Numbered from the stretch's first letter, positions 30,424 to 42,102 are shown. The stretch: DNA of 64,000 nt from Clostridia bacterium (GCA_017961575.1 JAGCXA010000014.1:17980-81979), one strand, 5' to 3'. Program-made: numbers and translations. The notes: generated by a model from the sequence alone, not told the origin.

Positions 30424-33212
30424 TCGGCATCCTCCGTTCCGCCCGCCGCGCGGGAGAAGAAGGGAATGTGCGCGCCCATCGCCGCCGCGCTCTCCAAACA
30501 AAGCAGGAGCGCGAAGAGAAGACAGCCGAGAAGCGACGTAAGATAGGTCGAAAGATCGGACAATACGGGGGAAAGGACCGCCTTCGCCCCGGGGGTTTTT
30601 GCGTTGCCTGCGGCGAAAACGCCGAGGAAGGAAGCCCCGTCGCCGCCCTTCACCCGCGCGGACGCTTCGGGCAGCGTCGATACGACGGCGGCGTAAGCCG
30701 AACCGTCGGCTTTCAGAGCGAGCGAGTCGCCGTAAGACCGCGGCGCCTTTTCGGGGGTGAGAAGCGAGACGGCGCGCGCGGCGGCGTCCCGGTCGATCCC
30801 GTAGATAAAGGGCAGGTCGGCGGGAAGCAGAAGCGTCGTCCCGTCGTTGCCCGCGCCGAAATGCAGACTGACCCGGACGGTGTCGCCCGCCGAAAAGTTG
30901 CCGAGGAAGTAGGACGCCGCGTAGAGCGTCGCGTTATCCGTGGGTTCGCCCGTTTCCGGGTCGGTCTCGCTCCAAAGGTACGCGCCGCCGAGCGCTCTGC
31001 CGTCGACAGATACGGTGGCGTAGTCGAGCGGATACTCGGTCGGGAAGGAGCAGAAGAGAGGACCGTCGCGGTCTGGCGTGACGGTGTATACGAGCGTCGC
31101 CGTTCCGGTGGAGGAGTTGCGCCGATAGCCCACGTAACCGGGTGCGTCCGCGTCGGTTTCGACGCAGTAGGGGTTGGAAAACGACTCGATCGCAACGGGC
31201 GCGTAGAGCGAGAGCGATTCGTCGCCGCAGAGGATACGGAAGATCGAGTTGATCCTGGAATAGGGCGAAGAATTGACGGCGGACAGGACCGACCCGTCGG
31301 GGATCGCGGCGGCGCGGAACAGGACGGGCAGGACGAATTCGTTTTCGTATACCGTCGATCCCTCGTCGCGGCAGATCGGTTCGTACACCGACGCGAGCGA
31401 ATCGGGGAAGACGGCGGGGGTATCGTAGGTCGGATCGTGTTCGGTCTTATCGGGATGAAGGCGGATCTTTTCCTTCGCCTTCGTTTCGATCGGTTCGTGC
31501 GTCGCGACGTAGCGAACGCCGAGCAGCGAGAGGGAGAGCGGGGAAGAGACGGTTTTCAGAGTGCCGTCCTCGGCGTATTCGATCCCGAGCGCGCGGAGCA
31601 GATCGGGCGGGAGAACCGAGGCGGAAGCGAAACCGAGATACGCGGCGTCGTCCGGGGTGATCGCGTCGAACTTCTCGGCGCGGTAGAGCGGATCGCCGAC
31701 CCCGACGGAAGAGAACCCGGAAGCGTAAGCGTTATAGTAGGATGAGGCGTAGGCGTGGTTGCCCTCGGTTTCGGAGACGTCGGTCCCCTCCTTCTTCGCG
31801 ATCACACCCGCCAGAGCGGCGTTCGACACGGCGACGTCGAGCGTCGTCACGACGATCAGAAGGATCGAAAGAAGAGAGAAAAGTTTAACGGGACGTCCTT
31901 CGCGCAGCCGGATCACGGCAAGAATGCCGGCACAGGCGAGCGCGAGGAACGGAAGCGGGACCCAGACCGAGTTGATCTCGGAGAACCAGACGACCTTGAC
32001 CCCCTCCTCGGCTTCGTAGGAGAGGTTCATCCGCTGCAAGACCGAAATCAGAACCGCAAGGATCAGCGCCCCGGCGGTAAGCGCACGCTCCGAACGGCGG
32101 TCGACCGAATCGAGGGCGCGCGCGGAGATCGCAAGAAAGAGCGCGGGGAAAACGGCGGCGAGCGTATAGGAATAACCGTCAGGGACCCGGAAAAGGTCCC
32201 AGAACGCGGAAAGAACGCTCACCGAAAAGGTGAAGTACAGAATGAAAACGAGCGAACCGAAAACGACCTTCTCCCGGACGGGTATTTTTTTGCAGAGGAA
32301 ATAGATCGGAAGAAGCAGAAGGGGAAGCATCCCGATGAAGAGATACGGGAAACGGTTTCCCGCAAGACCGTCGTAGGTCGCGGGAAGCATCTTCCCGAAA
32401 AATTCGATCAGATTATAGTTTTGCGTGAAGGAAAGATCCCGGAAAGTGAGAAGCAAACGGTCGAACGAGGGGAGAAGGATCGGCGCCGAGAACAGAGCGG
32501 CGGGCAGGATCGCGAGCAGAACCAGCAGAAGGTCGAATAGAATCGCTTTTCCCCGGACGCCGGGACGGCTGAGTCGGACGGCGAAGAGCCACAGAAGCGA
32601 GAAGAAGAGAAAGCCGAACAGCGTCCGAAAAGACGCGACGGCGCAGAACGCAAGCGAAAGCGAAAAGAGAACGAACCCGCGACGCGAAACGATCGATTCG
32701 ACTCCCGCGAGCATCAGGGGAAGGACGATCAGACAGTCGACCGAGACTCCGGTCAACTGACTGACGAACGAATAGGACGAGAGGGCGTAGAGGACCGAGA
32801 AAAGAACGGCTGTGAGCCCGTCGGTTTTACGCCGTTTCAGGAAGAAGGCGAACGCGGCGGCGGCAAGCCCGCACCGGATCGCGTTCGTAAGGCAGACGCC
32901 CGCAAGACGCGAAGAAAAGGGGAAGAAGGAGAGCAGACGGTTCATGGGATTCACCGAAAAGGCGAGGAACGCGAGATCCTCTCCCTCGGAGAGGGCTCCG
33001 AGCGTGCCGCCCCGGCGGAGCGAAGCGAGCCGTCCGTACCATCCCGCCGCCTTGGTCTCGTAAAGGAACGAAAGACTGTCGCGCGCGAGAAGAAAAACGG
33101 CGATCATTCCGAGAAACGCGAACAAAAAGGAGAAAAGATACGGCGAAAAACGGGATCGGCAGATCGCGTCAGCCGTCCCGGAAAAACGGTTCTTTCGTTT
33201 CGTTTCGCTCAT
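30420..33212 (-). CDS. YfhO-like polytopic membrane protein, divergent paralog 2
   Basis: 930 aa, with the same architecture as paralog 1 (multi-TM N-terminal two-thirds plus a large extracytoplasmic region and a terminal TM) but much weaker family motifs. Confidence 0.65.
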   Translation of the reverse strand: MSETKRKNRFSGTADAICRSRFSPYLFSFLFAFLGMIAVFLLARDSLSFLYETKAAGWYGRLASLRRGGTLGALSEGEDLAFLAFSVNPMNRLLSFFPFSSRLAGVCLTNAIRCGLAAAAFAFFLKRRKTDGLTAVLFSVLYALSSYSFVSQLTGVSVDCLIVLPLMLAGVESIVSRRGFVLFSLSLAFCAVASFRTLFGFLFFSLLWLFAVRLSRPGVRGKAILFDLLLVLLAILPAALFSAPILLPSFDRLLLTFRDLSFTQNYNLIEFFGKMLPATYDGLAGNRFPYLFIGMLPLLLLPIYFLCKKIPVREKVVFGSLVFILYFTFSVSVLSAFWDLFRVPDGYSYTLAAVFPALFLAISARALDSVDRRSERALTAGALILAVLISVLQRMNLSYEAEEGVKVVWFSEINSVWVPLPFLALACAGILAVIRLREGRPVKLFSLLSILLIVVTTLDVAVSNAALAGVIAKKEGTDVSETEGNHAYASSYYNAYASGFSSVGVGDPLYRAEKFDAITPDDAAYLGFASASVLPPDLLRALGIEYAEDGTLKTVSSPLSLSLLGVRYVATHEPIETKAKEKIRLHPDKTEHDPTYDTPAVFPDSLASVYEPICRDEGSTVYENEFVLPVLFRAAAIPDGSVLSAVNSSPYSRINSIFRILCGDESLSLYAPVAIESFSNPYCVETDADAPGYVGYRRNSSTGTATLVYTVTPDRDGPLFCSFPTEYPLDYATVSVDGRALGGAYLWSETDPETGEPTDNATLYAASYFLGNFSAGDTVRVSLHFGAGNDGTTLLLPADLPFIYGIDRDAAARAVSLLTPEKAPRSYGDSLALKADGSAYAAVVSTLPEASARVKGGDGASFLGVFAAGNAKTPGAKAVLSPVLSDLSTYLTSLLGCLLFALLLCLESAAAMGAHIPFFSRAAGGTEDAE

Positions 33213-33308
33213 GGTTCGTTTCTCCTGTCAAATTCATTGTATAGTATAACATAAATTATATTTTTTGTAAACCTGATTTCCGTAAAAAACACTTTTTCGC
33301 GTTTTCCT

Positions 33309-33337
33309 TTGACTTTCCCGAAAAAATGTGATAAAAT
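33309..33337 (+). promoter_or_regulatory. Sigma-A type promoter for ruvC
   Basis: TTGACT, 17 nt, then TAAAAT with extended -10 TG (TGaTAAAAT), in an AT-rich divergent region. Confidence 0.6.
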
Positions 33338-33391
33338 ATCTTGATAAGAAAAGAAACGGGGGAACCTCCCGGACTCCGAAAGGAGAAGAAG

Positions 33392-33892
33392 ATGATCATT
33401 CTCGGAATCGACCCGGGACTCGCCATCGTCGGATGGGGGGTCATCGAGGCGCACAGGGGACAGTTCAGACCGATCGCCTGCGGGGACATCAACACCCCGG
33501 CGCACACCTCGGTCGAGTCCCGCCTTGAATCCATCTACCGCGACCTGAACCGGATCATCGAAAAGTACAAGCCCGACGAGGTCGCCATCGAGGAACTTTT
33601 CTTTACGAACAACATCACGACGGGGATCACCGTCGCCGAGGCGCGCGGAGTCATTCTGCTCGCCTGCCGTCAGCACGGGATCCCGATCAACGAGTACACG
33701 CCGCCGCAGGTCAAGCAGGCGGTCGTCGGATACGGGAAAGCCGAGAAACGGCAGGTGATCGCGATGGTGACGTCGCTTCTCCGGCTGCAATCCCCCCCGA
33801 AACCCGACGACACGGCGGACGCGCTCGCCATCGCGCTCTGTCACGGTCAGGTCGCGGGATCGGCGCTCAAAGGTTTTTTCAATCAACCGTAA
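33392..33892 (+). CDS. ruvC: Crossover junction endodeoxyribonuclease RuvC
   Basis: ATG at 33392 follows AAAGGAGAAG. Motifs MIILGIDPGLAIVGWGV, EELFF and DDTADALAIALCH. Confidence 0.93.
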   Translation: MIILGIDPGLAIVGWGVIEAHRGQFRPIACGDINTPAHTSVESRLESIYRDLNRIIEKYKPDEVAIEELFFTNNITTGITVAEARGVILLACRQHGIPINEYTPPQVKQAVVGYGKAEKRQVIAMVTSLLRLQSPPKPDDTADALAIALCHGQVAGSALKGFFNQP

Positions 33893-33907
33893 ACGAACGG
33901 AGTCATT

Positions 33908-34768
33908 ATGTGGGTTTGCGATCAATGGAAGGACTATGAACTGCTCGACGCCTCGGACGGAGAAAAGTTGGAGCGGTGGGGAAAGTATATTCTGATCCGC
34001 CCCGATCCGCAGGTTCTCTGGCGCGGAGTGAAGAAAAGTCGGTTCTGGGAGAAGTCGGACGCCGATTACCGCCGCTCGTCCTCGGGCGGAGGATCGTGGA
34101 GCGAAAACCGTCTTCCCGAAGCGTGGAAGATCTCCTACCGTGATCTGACCTTTCAGGTCAGACCGATGGGGTTCAAACATACGGGTCTTTTTCCCGAACA
34201 GGCGGCGAACTGGGACTGGTTCTCCGATCTGATCCGCTCGGCGGGTCGCCCGATCAGGGTGCTCAACCTGTTCGCCTATACCGGCGGCGCGACCGTCGCG
34301 GCGGCGAAAGCGGGGGCGTCGGTCGTCCACGTCGACGCGGCGAAGGGAATGGTCGCCACGGCAAAGGAAAACGCGGCTCTGTCGGGGCTTTCCGACGCGC
34401 CGATCCGCTACATCGTCGACGATTGCCGGAAGTTCGTCGAGCGCGAGATCCGGCGGGGAAACCGCTACGACGCCGTCATCATGGATCCTCCTTCCTACGG
34501 GAGAGGTCCCACGGGAGAGGTCTGGAAGATCGAAGAGGCGATCGACGGTTTCGTGTCGCTCGTGTCCGGGGTCCTCTCGGATCAGCCGCTCTTTTTCCTG
34601 CTGAATTCCTATACGACGGGGCTCAGTCCGTCCGCGATGAAGTACGTCACCGATCTGCGCGTGGCTCGACGCTTCGGGGGACGGTCGGACGCCGAGGAAC
34701 TGGGGCTTCCCGTCACCGAGACCGGCTCGGTTCTTCCGTGCGGGGGGAGCGTCCGGCATATCTTCTGA
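33908..34768 (+). CDS. Class I SAM-dependent methyltransferase (RlmI/RlmK-core-like, no PUA domain)
   Basis: Motif I NLFAYTGGATVAAAKAGA and motif IV-like VIMDPPSYG. Target unknown. Confidence 0.75.
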   Translation: MWVCDQWKDYELLDASDGEKLERWGKYILIRPDPQVLWRGVKKSRFWEKSDADYRRSSSGGGSWSENRLPEAWKISYRDLTFQVRPMGFKHTGLFPEQAANWDWFSDLIRSAGRPIRVLNLFAYTGGATVAAAKAGASVVHVDAAKGMVATAKENAALSGLSDAPIRYIVDDCRKFVEREIRRGNRYDAVIMDPPSYGRGPTGEVWKIEEAIDGFVSLVSGVLSDQPLFFLLNSYTTGLSPSAMKYVTDLRVARRFGGRSDAEELGLPVTETGSVLPCGGSVRHIF

Positions 34769-34790
34769 TTTCCGCTGAAAGGAAAACGAC

Positions 34791-35675
34791 GTGTCGCATT
34801 TCATTGAAACGAGAAATCTGTCCTTCGAGTACGGGGGCGAAAACGGGGAACGTCCGATCCGGGCGCTGTCTGACGTTTCGCTGTCGATCGACGAGGGAGA
34901 GTATATCGCCATCCTCGGGCACAACGGCTCGGGGAAATCGACGCTTGCGAAACTTTTGAACCTGATCCTGATCCCGACTTCGGGTGAGATCGAGATCGAC
35001 GGCAAGACCGTCACGTCCGAGGGGCTTTCCGACGACGAGATCTTCGAGATCCGACGGAAGATCGGGATGGTCTTTCAGAACCCCGACAACCAGCTCGTCG
35101 CCACCGTCGTCGAGGAGGACGTCGCCTTCGGACCCGAAAATCTCGGGATCCCGCGGGAAGAGATCCGCGAACGGATCGACGCCGCGCTCGCCACGGTCGG
35201 AATGACCGAGTACGCCCGTCACGCGCCGCATAAACTGTCGGGCGGGCAGAAACAGCGCGTCGCCATCGCCGGGATCATCGCCATGTCGCCGAAGTGTATC
35301 GTTTTCGACGAATCGACCGCGATGCTCGACCCGCGCGGCAGACGCGAAGTCACCGACACGATGGAAAAACTTAATCGCGAAAAGGGAATGACGATCCTGC
35401 ACATCACGCACTATATGGAAGAGGCGGCGCGCGCCGACCGCGTGATCGTCATCAGCGACGGGCGGGTTCTGATGGACGGGACGCCGCGCGAGGTCTTCTC
35501 GCGGGTCGAACCGTTGAACGCCTGCGGACTCGAAGCGCCGCAGGGAACCGAACTGCTCTACGAACTCTCGCTTTCGGGCGTCGCGCTCCCCACGGGGTGC
35601 CTCACCGTCGCGGAGTGCGCGGACGCGCTTGAAAAACTGCTCTCGGGAAAGCAAGGGAAAACGGGAGATGTATAA
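34791..35675 (+). CDS. ecfA1: ECF transporter ATPase EcfA1
   Basis: GTG start. Walker A GHNGSGKST, signature LSGGQKQRVAIAG, Walker B IVFDEST. Confidence 0.92.
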   Translation: MSHFIETRNLSFEYGGENGERPIRALSDVSLSIDEGEYIAILGHNGSGKSTLAKLLNLILIPTSGEIEIDGKTVTSEGLSDDEIFEIRRKIGMVFQNPDNQLVATVVEEDVAFGPENLGIPREEIRERIDAALATVGMTEYARHAPHKLSGGQKQRVAIAGIIAMSPKCIVFDESTAMLDPRGRREVTDTMEKLNREKGMTILHITHYMEEAARADRVIVISDGRVLMDGTPREVFSRVEPLNACGLEAPQGTELLYELSLSGVALPTGCLTVAECADALEKLLSGKQGKTGDV

Positions 35676-36531
35676 ACTCGAACTGAAAGACGTGACCCAT
35701 ATCTACGGAGCGCGGACGCCCTTTGAGAGGTGCGCCCTCCGCTCGGTGAATATCGGATTCGAGACCGGGCTCGTGACCGGTCTGATCGGTCATACCGGGT
35801 CTGGGAAATCGACGCTCGTGCAGATGTTGAACGGTCTGATCCGTCCGACGAAGGGGACGGTTCTGCTCGACGGGAAGGATATTTGGGAAAAGCCGAAAGA
35901 GATCCGTTCGGTGCGCTTCCGCGTCGGGCTTGTGATGCAGTATCCCGAATACCAACTTTTCGACGAGACGGTCGGACGCGACATCGGTTTCGCGCTTCGG
36001 AACAAGGGATGCTCCGAAGAAACGATCAGGGAAAAGGTGACCGCGGCGGCACAGCGCGTCGGGCTTTCTCCCTCGCTTCTCTCCAAATCTCCCTTTGATC
36101 TCTCGGGCGGTCAGCGTCGACGCGCCGCCATTGCCGGCGTGCTCGTGATGGATCCCGAGGTACTTGTGCTCGACGAACCCGCCGCAGGGCTCGATCCGCG
36201 CGGACGCGCCGAGATCCTCGGCTATCTCTACCGTTATCGCGAGACCAACGGCGCGACGGTCATCCTCGTCAGCCACAGTATGGAGGATATGGCGCAGTAT
36301 TGCGACCGCGTCGTCGTGATGCGGGACGGCGAGATCTACGCCGACGGGACGACCGACGAGATCTTCTCGGATCCCGCGCGGCTTTTCGACGCGGGAATGG
36401 ACGTTCCCGAAGTGATGAAGATCGCCATCGAACTGAAAAAACGGGGAATTCCGCTCGAAGGCAAACTCTATACCGTCGAGGGGGTGCGGGACGCCGTTCT
36501 CCGCGCGCTCGGGAAGGGAGGGAACCGATGA
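35668..36531 (+). CDS. ecfA2: ECF transporter ATPase EcfA2
   Basis: ATG at 35668 overlaps the ecfA1 end. Walker A GHTGSGKST, signature LSGGQRRRAAIAG, Walker B LVLDEPAAGLD. Confidence 0.92.
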   Translation: MYKLELKDVTHIYGARTPFERCALRSVNIGFETGLVTGLIGHTGSGKSTLVQMLNGLIRPTKGTVLLDGKDIWEKPKEIRSVRFRVGLVMQYPEYQLFDETVGRDIGFALRNKGCSEETIREKVTAAAQRVGLSPSLLSKSPFDLSGGQRRRAAIAGVLVMDPEVLVLDEPAAGLDPRGRAEILGYLYRYRETNGATVILVSHSMEDMAQYCDRVVVMRDGEIYADGTTDEIFSDPARLFDAGMDVPEVMKIAIELKKRGIPLEGKLYTVEGVRDAVLRALGKGGNR

Positions 36532-37361
36532 TCTCGGATATCACGCTCGGTCAGTATTTTCCGGGAAGGTCGCCGATCCATCGGCTCGATCCCCGGTTCA
36601 AAATCATTCTGACGATCCTCTTTATGGTCGCCCTCTTTTCGGCGCGCAATATCTTCGTGTACGCCGCGATGACGCTCTTCACGGTTCTGCTCGTACTCGC
36701 CAGCCGGATCTCGCTCCGCGTCGTTTTACGCGGGATCCGTCCGCTTCTTTTCATCCTTCTCTTTACCGTGATCCTGCACGTTCTGATGTCTACCCGCACG
36801 GACGGACGGCTTCTGATCTCTTGGAAGTGGCTGACGGTCTACGATATGGATCTGTACCGCGCGGGGGTGATGGTTCTTCGGATCGTTTTGCTTGTGGTCG
36901 GGACCAGCGTTCTGCTCTCCTATACCACGACCCCGATCTCTCTGACCGACGCGATCGAATCGCTCTTAAAACCCCTCGCCGCCATCCGCGTTCCCGTGCA
37001 CGAGTTCGCGATGATGATGACGATCGCGCTCCGTTTCATTCCCACGATGCTTGAAGAGACCGAGAAGATCATGAACGCGCAGAAAGCGCGGGGCGCCGAC
37101 CTTTCGTCCGGCAACCCGTTCAAGCGGATCCGCGCGCTGATCCCGGTCCTCATCCCGCTGATCGTCTCCGCCTTTCAGCGGGCGCTCGACCTCGCGACGG
37201 CAATGGAGTGCCGTTGCTATCGCGGGTCGAAGGGAAGGACCAAACTCGTGAAACTGAAATCGACCCCCGCCGACGCCGTCGCGCTGCTTTTCTTTGCCGC
37301 GGTGCTTGCCGGGGTTTACGTCGGGAACGCACTGATCCCGATCGGGATCCGCGTCGGATGA
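36528..37361 (+). CDS. ecfT: ECF transporter transmembrane component EcfT
   Basis: ATG at 36528 overlaps the ecfA2 stop (ATGA). CbiQ-family N-terminus GQYFPGRSPIHRLDPR and the coupling-helix ARG motif (AQKARGAD). Confidence 0.9.
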   Translation: MISDITLGQYFPGRSPIHRLDPRFKIILTILFMVALFSARNIFVYAAMTLFTVLLVLASRISLRVVLRGIRPLLFILLFTVILHVLMSTRTDGRLLISWKWLTVYDMDLYRAGVMVLRIVLLVVGTSVLLSYTTTPISLTDAIESLLKPLAAIRVPVHEFAMMMTIALRFIPTMLEETEKIMNAQKARGADLSSGNPFKRIRALIPVLIPLIVSAFQRALDLATAMECRCYRGSKGRTKLVKLKSTPADAVALLFFAAVLAGVYVGNALIPIGIRVG

Positions 37362-38107
37362 AGTACCTCGTCAGGATCGCCTATCTCGGCGAAAACTTCT
37401 ACGGTTTCCAGTATCAGCCCGGACGGCGGACGGTTCAGGGCGAACTGAACCGGGTTGCGGCGAGCGTCTTCGGCGGCAAGTGCCTCGTGACGGGATGTTC
37501 CCGCACCGATCGCGGCGTTTCCGCCCGCGATTTCTGTATCACGATCGAGCCGCCCGAAGGAAGCCCGCGCATTCCGGCAAAGCGCCTGCCGGTCGCCGCC
37601 CTTCCGTTTTTGCCGCGCGATCTCGTCTTTCTTTCCGCGAAGATCGTGCCCGACGCCTTCCATCCGCGCTACGACGTGAAAACGAAGGAATACCGCTACA
37701 CGATCCGCACGTCGCCTACCCCCGATCCGTTCCTCTCCGGGCAGGTATGGGAGTATCCCGTCGCGCTTCCGAAAAACGCGCTGCAAAGGATGCGCGCGGC
37801 GGCGGTTCATTTTCTCGGAAAACACGATTTCGCGGCGTTTATGGCGCAGGGTTCCGACGTAAAGGACACCGAACGGACGATCTTCGGTATGAAGGTTCTG
37901 AAAAAGGGGAAACTGATTACGGTATCGGTTACGGGAGACGGTTTTCTCTACAATATGGTGCGGATCATCGCCGGAACGCTTCTCGACGTCGGTGCAGGCA
38001 AACGCGAGCCGGACGAGATCCCGGACGTCATTTTGTCCAAGGAACGCAAAAAAGCGGGACAAACCGCGCCGCCCGAGGGACTCTGCCTTTGGAAAGTAAC
38101 CTACTGA
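37358..38107 (+). CDS. truA: tRNA pseudouridine(38-40) synthase TruA
   Basis: ATG at 37358 overlaps the ecfT stop. Motifs YLGENFYGFQYQP and catalytic GCSRTDRGVSA. Canonical ecfAAT-truA synteny. Confidence 0.92.
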   Translation: MKYLVRIAYLGENFYGFQYQPGRRTVQGELNRVAASVFGGKCLVTGCSRTDRGVSARDFCITIEPPEGSPRIPAKRLPVAALPFLPRDLVFLSAKIVPDAFHPRYDVKTKEYRYTIRTSPTPDPFLSGQVWEYPVALPKNALQRMRAAAVHFLGKHDFAAFMAQGSDVKDTERTIFGMKVLKKGKLITVSVTGDGFLYNMVRIIAGTLLDVGAGKREPDEIPDVILSKERKKAGQTAPPEGLCLWKVTY

Positions 38108-38187
38108 GTTGGCGTTTTTTTCGCCGGATAGCCCTTTTGATCCCCCCGTATACTATCGGTTGAAACGATGGGTGCGGGGGGTTTTGT

Positions 38188-40578
38188 ATGCGAAAAAAGA
38201 AAAATGGACGAAGAGGACTCCGCATTGTACTGTTCCTTTTTCTGTCCCTGTTTGCGGCGGCGCTGTTCACCCTGACGGTTCTGACGGCGCGGGCGGCGGC
38301 GGGGCTTGACCCGGAGGCGGACGTCGCCCTGCTCGACGATCTGTCTCGGACGGGTACGACCCGCCTTTTCTGTCGCGGAACAGGGGACGGGGAAGAGACG
38401 GATTTGGTCGAATACGAAACGGTCTACGCCGCCGAGAACCGGATCTGGTGCGCCGCCGACGAGATCCCCGACGTGGTGAAACACGCGCTGATCTCGATCG
38501 AGGACAAGCGTTTTTACAGTCACAACGGGGTCGATTGGCTCCGCACGGGAAAGGCGTTTCTCAACTACGTTTTCCGGTTCGATCCTCCGTTCGGCGGCTC
38601 GACGATCACGCAGCAACTCATAAAGAACGTTTCGGGGGAAAACGACGTCAAAAGCGAACGGAAGATCCGGGAGATCCTTCGCGCGCTCCGGCTTGAAAAA
38701 CGATATACGAAAGACGAGATCCTGACCTTCTATCTGAACGTCATTCCGCTCGCCAACCGTTGCTACGGGATCGGGGCGGCGTCCTCGTTCTATTTCGGAA
38801 AAACGCCGTCCGAACTCACGGCGGCGGAGGCGGCGACGCTCGCCGCGACGACCAACGCTCCGGCAAGATACGACCCGCTCAGGTATCCCGACGCCAACCG
38901 GGACAGGCGAAATCTGATCCTTACCAAGATGGAAGAATACGGGTATTTGACGAAGGAGGAGGCGGACGCGGCGCGGACGGAAGAGATCACGTTTACGGCG
39001 AAGCGCGGCGACGCCGGAACACGGATCGTTTCGTGGTATACAGAGGCGGTGCTCTCCGACGTGATCCGCGATCTTTCGGCGCGGCGGGGTCTTTCCGAGG
39101 GGGCGGCGACGGCGCTCGTTTATCGCGGCGGACTTGAAATCGAGATCTGCTGCGATCCCGCGATCCAACGGACGGCGGAACGGGTTTGCCGCGCGGCGGA
39201 TCGGAAAGAGGGCAATCTTGCGGTCTGGGTGGTCGATCCGTCGACGGGCGAGGTGCTTGCCGCGATCGGCGGCGCCGGGGAAAAGGCGGGGAACCGGGGG
39301 CTTCATTTCGCCGTCGACGCGCTCCGTCCGCCCGGCTCGGCGCTGAAACCGGTCTCGGTCTACGCTCCCGCGCTTCGCGCGGGTCTTGTCAACTGGGCGA
39401 CGGTGTTCGAGGATCTGCCGCAGTCGTATAATGACGGTGTCCCCTGGCCGAGAAACGCGAACGGCGTTTACGACGGTCGGATCGGGGTACACGAGGCGAT
39501 CGCGCGCTCGAAGAACACGGTCGCGGTCTCGGTTCTCTCGCTTCTCGGACGGCGCGCTTCGTTTGATTTTTTGAAAAACGAGTGCGGTTTCACGTCGCTT
39601 ATCGAGGACGAAACCGACGAATCGGGTCGCCGCCTGACCGATCTTTCCGACGCGCCGCTCGCGCTCGGGCAGTTGACCCGCGGGGTCTCCCTGCGGGAAT
39701 TGACCGACGCCTATTCGATCTTCGCCGGGGAAGGGATCCGAACGAAAGCGATCACTTATCGGACGGTGAAGAATCGCGCGGGCGAGATCCTTCTTTCGAA
39801 CAACGCCGCCCGCCGCCGCGTTCTCTCGTCCGCCGAGGCGGCGATCATGACCGGGATGCTCTCCGAGACGGTCGAGTACGGAACGGCGCGCAATCTGACG
39901 GTTTCGTCGGTCGTTCCGACGGCGGGGAAGACCGGGACGACGACGGGGGCGCGGGACAGATGGTTCGTCGGATATACCCCGAACCTCCTGTGCGGCGTGC
40001 TTTCGACCTCGGACGGGAGCGGTTCGGACGGCGTTCCGCGTTCTCCGCTTCCGGTCTTCGACGCGATCATGAAGGCGGCGCACGCGAAAATCCTCGACGG
40101 AACCGACGAACCGCCGACGTTCCCGATCCCGTCCGGGGTGGTCGCGCTCCCGTTCTGCCGCGACAGCGGCGATACGCCGGACGACGATTGCTCGCTCGAT
40201 CTGCGCGGGGATCGCGTCGCGTACGGACTCTTTACCGAGGACAACCGACCCGGAAAGGACTGCGCCCTGCATCGCCCGATCCTCTATGATCGCGTGCGCG
40301 GCGAATGGATCCCGGACGACGGGGAGGTTTCGCCCTTTCTAATCCGGTTTTCCGCCCCCGACGGGTCAAACAGAACGATCCCGGACGGGACCGAACCGAC
40401 CGACCGGGCGTACGATTACGACGTATTGCTCGGCGGTACGGATCCCCCGGAACCCGAGACGGAGGAACCCGACGGGGGGACCGCCGTTTCGGGCGGGATC
40501 GGGGAATGGGAACGGATCCGCTCGCGCGAGAGATTTCGCTTTGAACCGCGTTGGTACCGCCACTTTTTCGACCGTTAG
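38188..40578 (+). CDS. Class A penicillin-binding protein (PBP1A-type glycosyltransferase/transpeptidase)
   Basis: N-terminal TM. GT51 motifs EDKRFYSHNGVD and GGSTITQQL. Transpeptidase motifs PGSALKP (SxxK), SKN and KTGTT. Confidence 0.92.
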   Translation: MRKKKNGRRGLRIVLFLFLSLFAAALFTLTVLTARAAAGLDPEADVALLDDLSRTGTTRLFCRGTGDGEETDLVEYETVYAAENRIWCAADEIPDVVKHALISIEDKRFYSHNGVDWLRTGKAFLNYVFRFDPPFGGSTITQQLIKNVSGENDVKSERKIREILRALRLEKRYTKDEILTFYLNVIPLANRCYGIGAASSFYFGKTPSELTAAEAATLAATTNAPARYDPLRYPDANRDRRNLILTKMEEYGYLTKEEADAARTEEITFTAKRGDAGTRIVSWYTEAVLSDVIRDLSARRGLSEGAATALVYRGGLEIEICCDPAIQRTAERVCRAADRKEGNLAVWVVDPSTGEVLAAIGGAGEKAGNRGLHFAVDALRPPGSALKPVSVYAPALRAGLVNWATVFEDLPQSYNDGVPWPRNANGVYDGRIGVHEAIARSKNTVAVSVLSLLGRRASFDFLKNECGFTSLIEDETDESGRRLTDLSDAPLALGQLTRGVSLRELTDAYSIFAGEGIRTKAITYRTVKNRAGEILLSNNAARRRVLSSAEAAIMTGMLSETVEYGTARNLTVSSVVPTAGKTGTTTGARDRWFVGYTPNLLCGVLSTSDGSGSDGVPRSPLPVFDAIMKAAHAKILDGTDEPPTFPIPSGVVALPFCRDSGDTPDDDCSLDLRGDRVAYGLFTEDNRPGKDCALHRPILYDRVRGEWIPDDGEVSPFLIRFSAPDGSNRTIPDGTEPTDRAYDYDVLLGGTDPPEPETEEPDGGTAVSGGIGEWERIRSRERFRFEPRWYRHFFDR

Positions 40579-40688
40579 AAAGGCGGCGGGATGAAGGAAC
40601 GGAGCGCCCGTCTTTCACTTTGGGTGCGATTTTATGCGCGAACCCGTAAAAAATGATGAAAAAACCGAAAAAACATTCAATTCCCCTC

Positions 40689-40717
40689 TTGAAAAACGGA
40701 AATGGTTGTGCTAAAAT
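40689..40717 (+). promoter_or_regulatory. Sigma-A type promoter for gdhA
   Basis: TTGAAA, 17 nt, then TAAAAT with extended -10 TG (TGcTAAAAT). Confidence 0.6.
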
Positions 40718-40739
40718 TATTTCATATTTTTTGAAATGA

Positions 40740-42086
<1,347 letters not shown>

Positions 42087-42102
42087 TCCGTTACAACGCG
42101 AT

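Noticed and set aside
33209-35014. 601-aa minus-strand ORF spanning ruvC, the methyltransferase and the ecfA1 start
   Set aside because: It crosses three independently supported plus-strand genes and an AT-rich promoter region, and its sequence is low-complexity.
38101-40272. 723-aa minus-strand ORF antisense to the class A PBP
   Set aside because: Shadow ORF. The plus strand carries GT51 and SxxK/KTG motifs.
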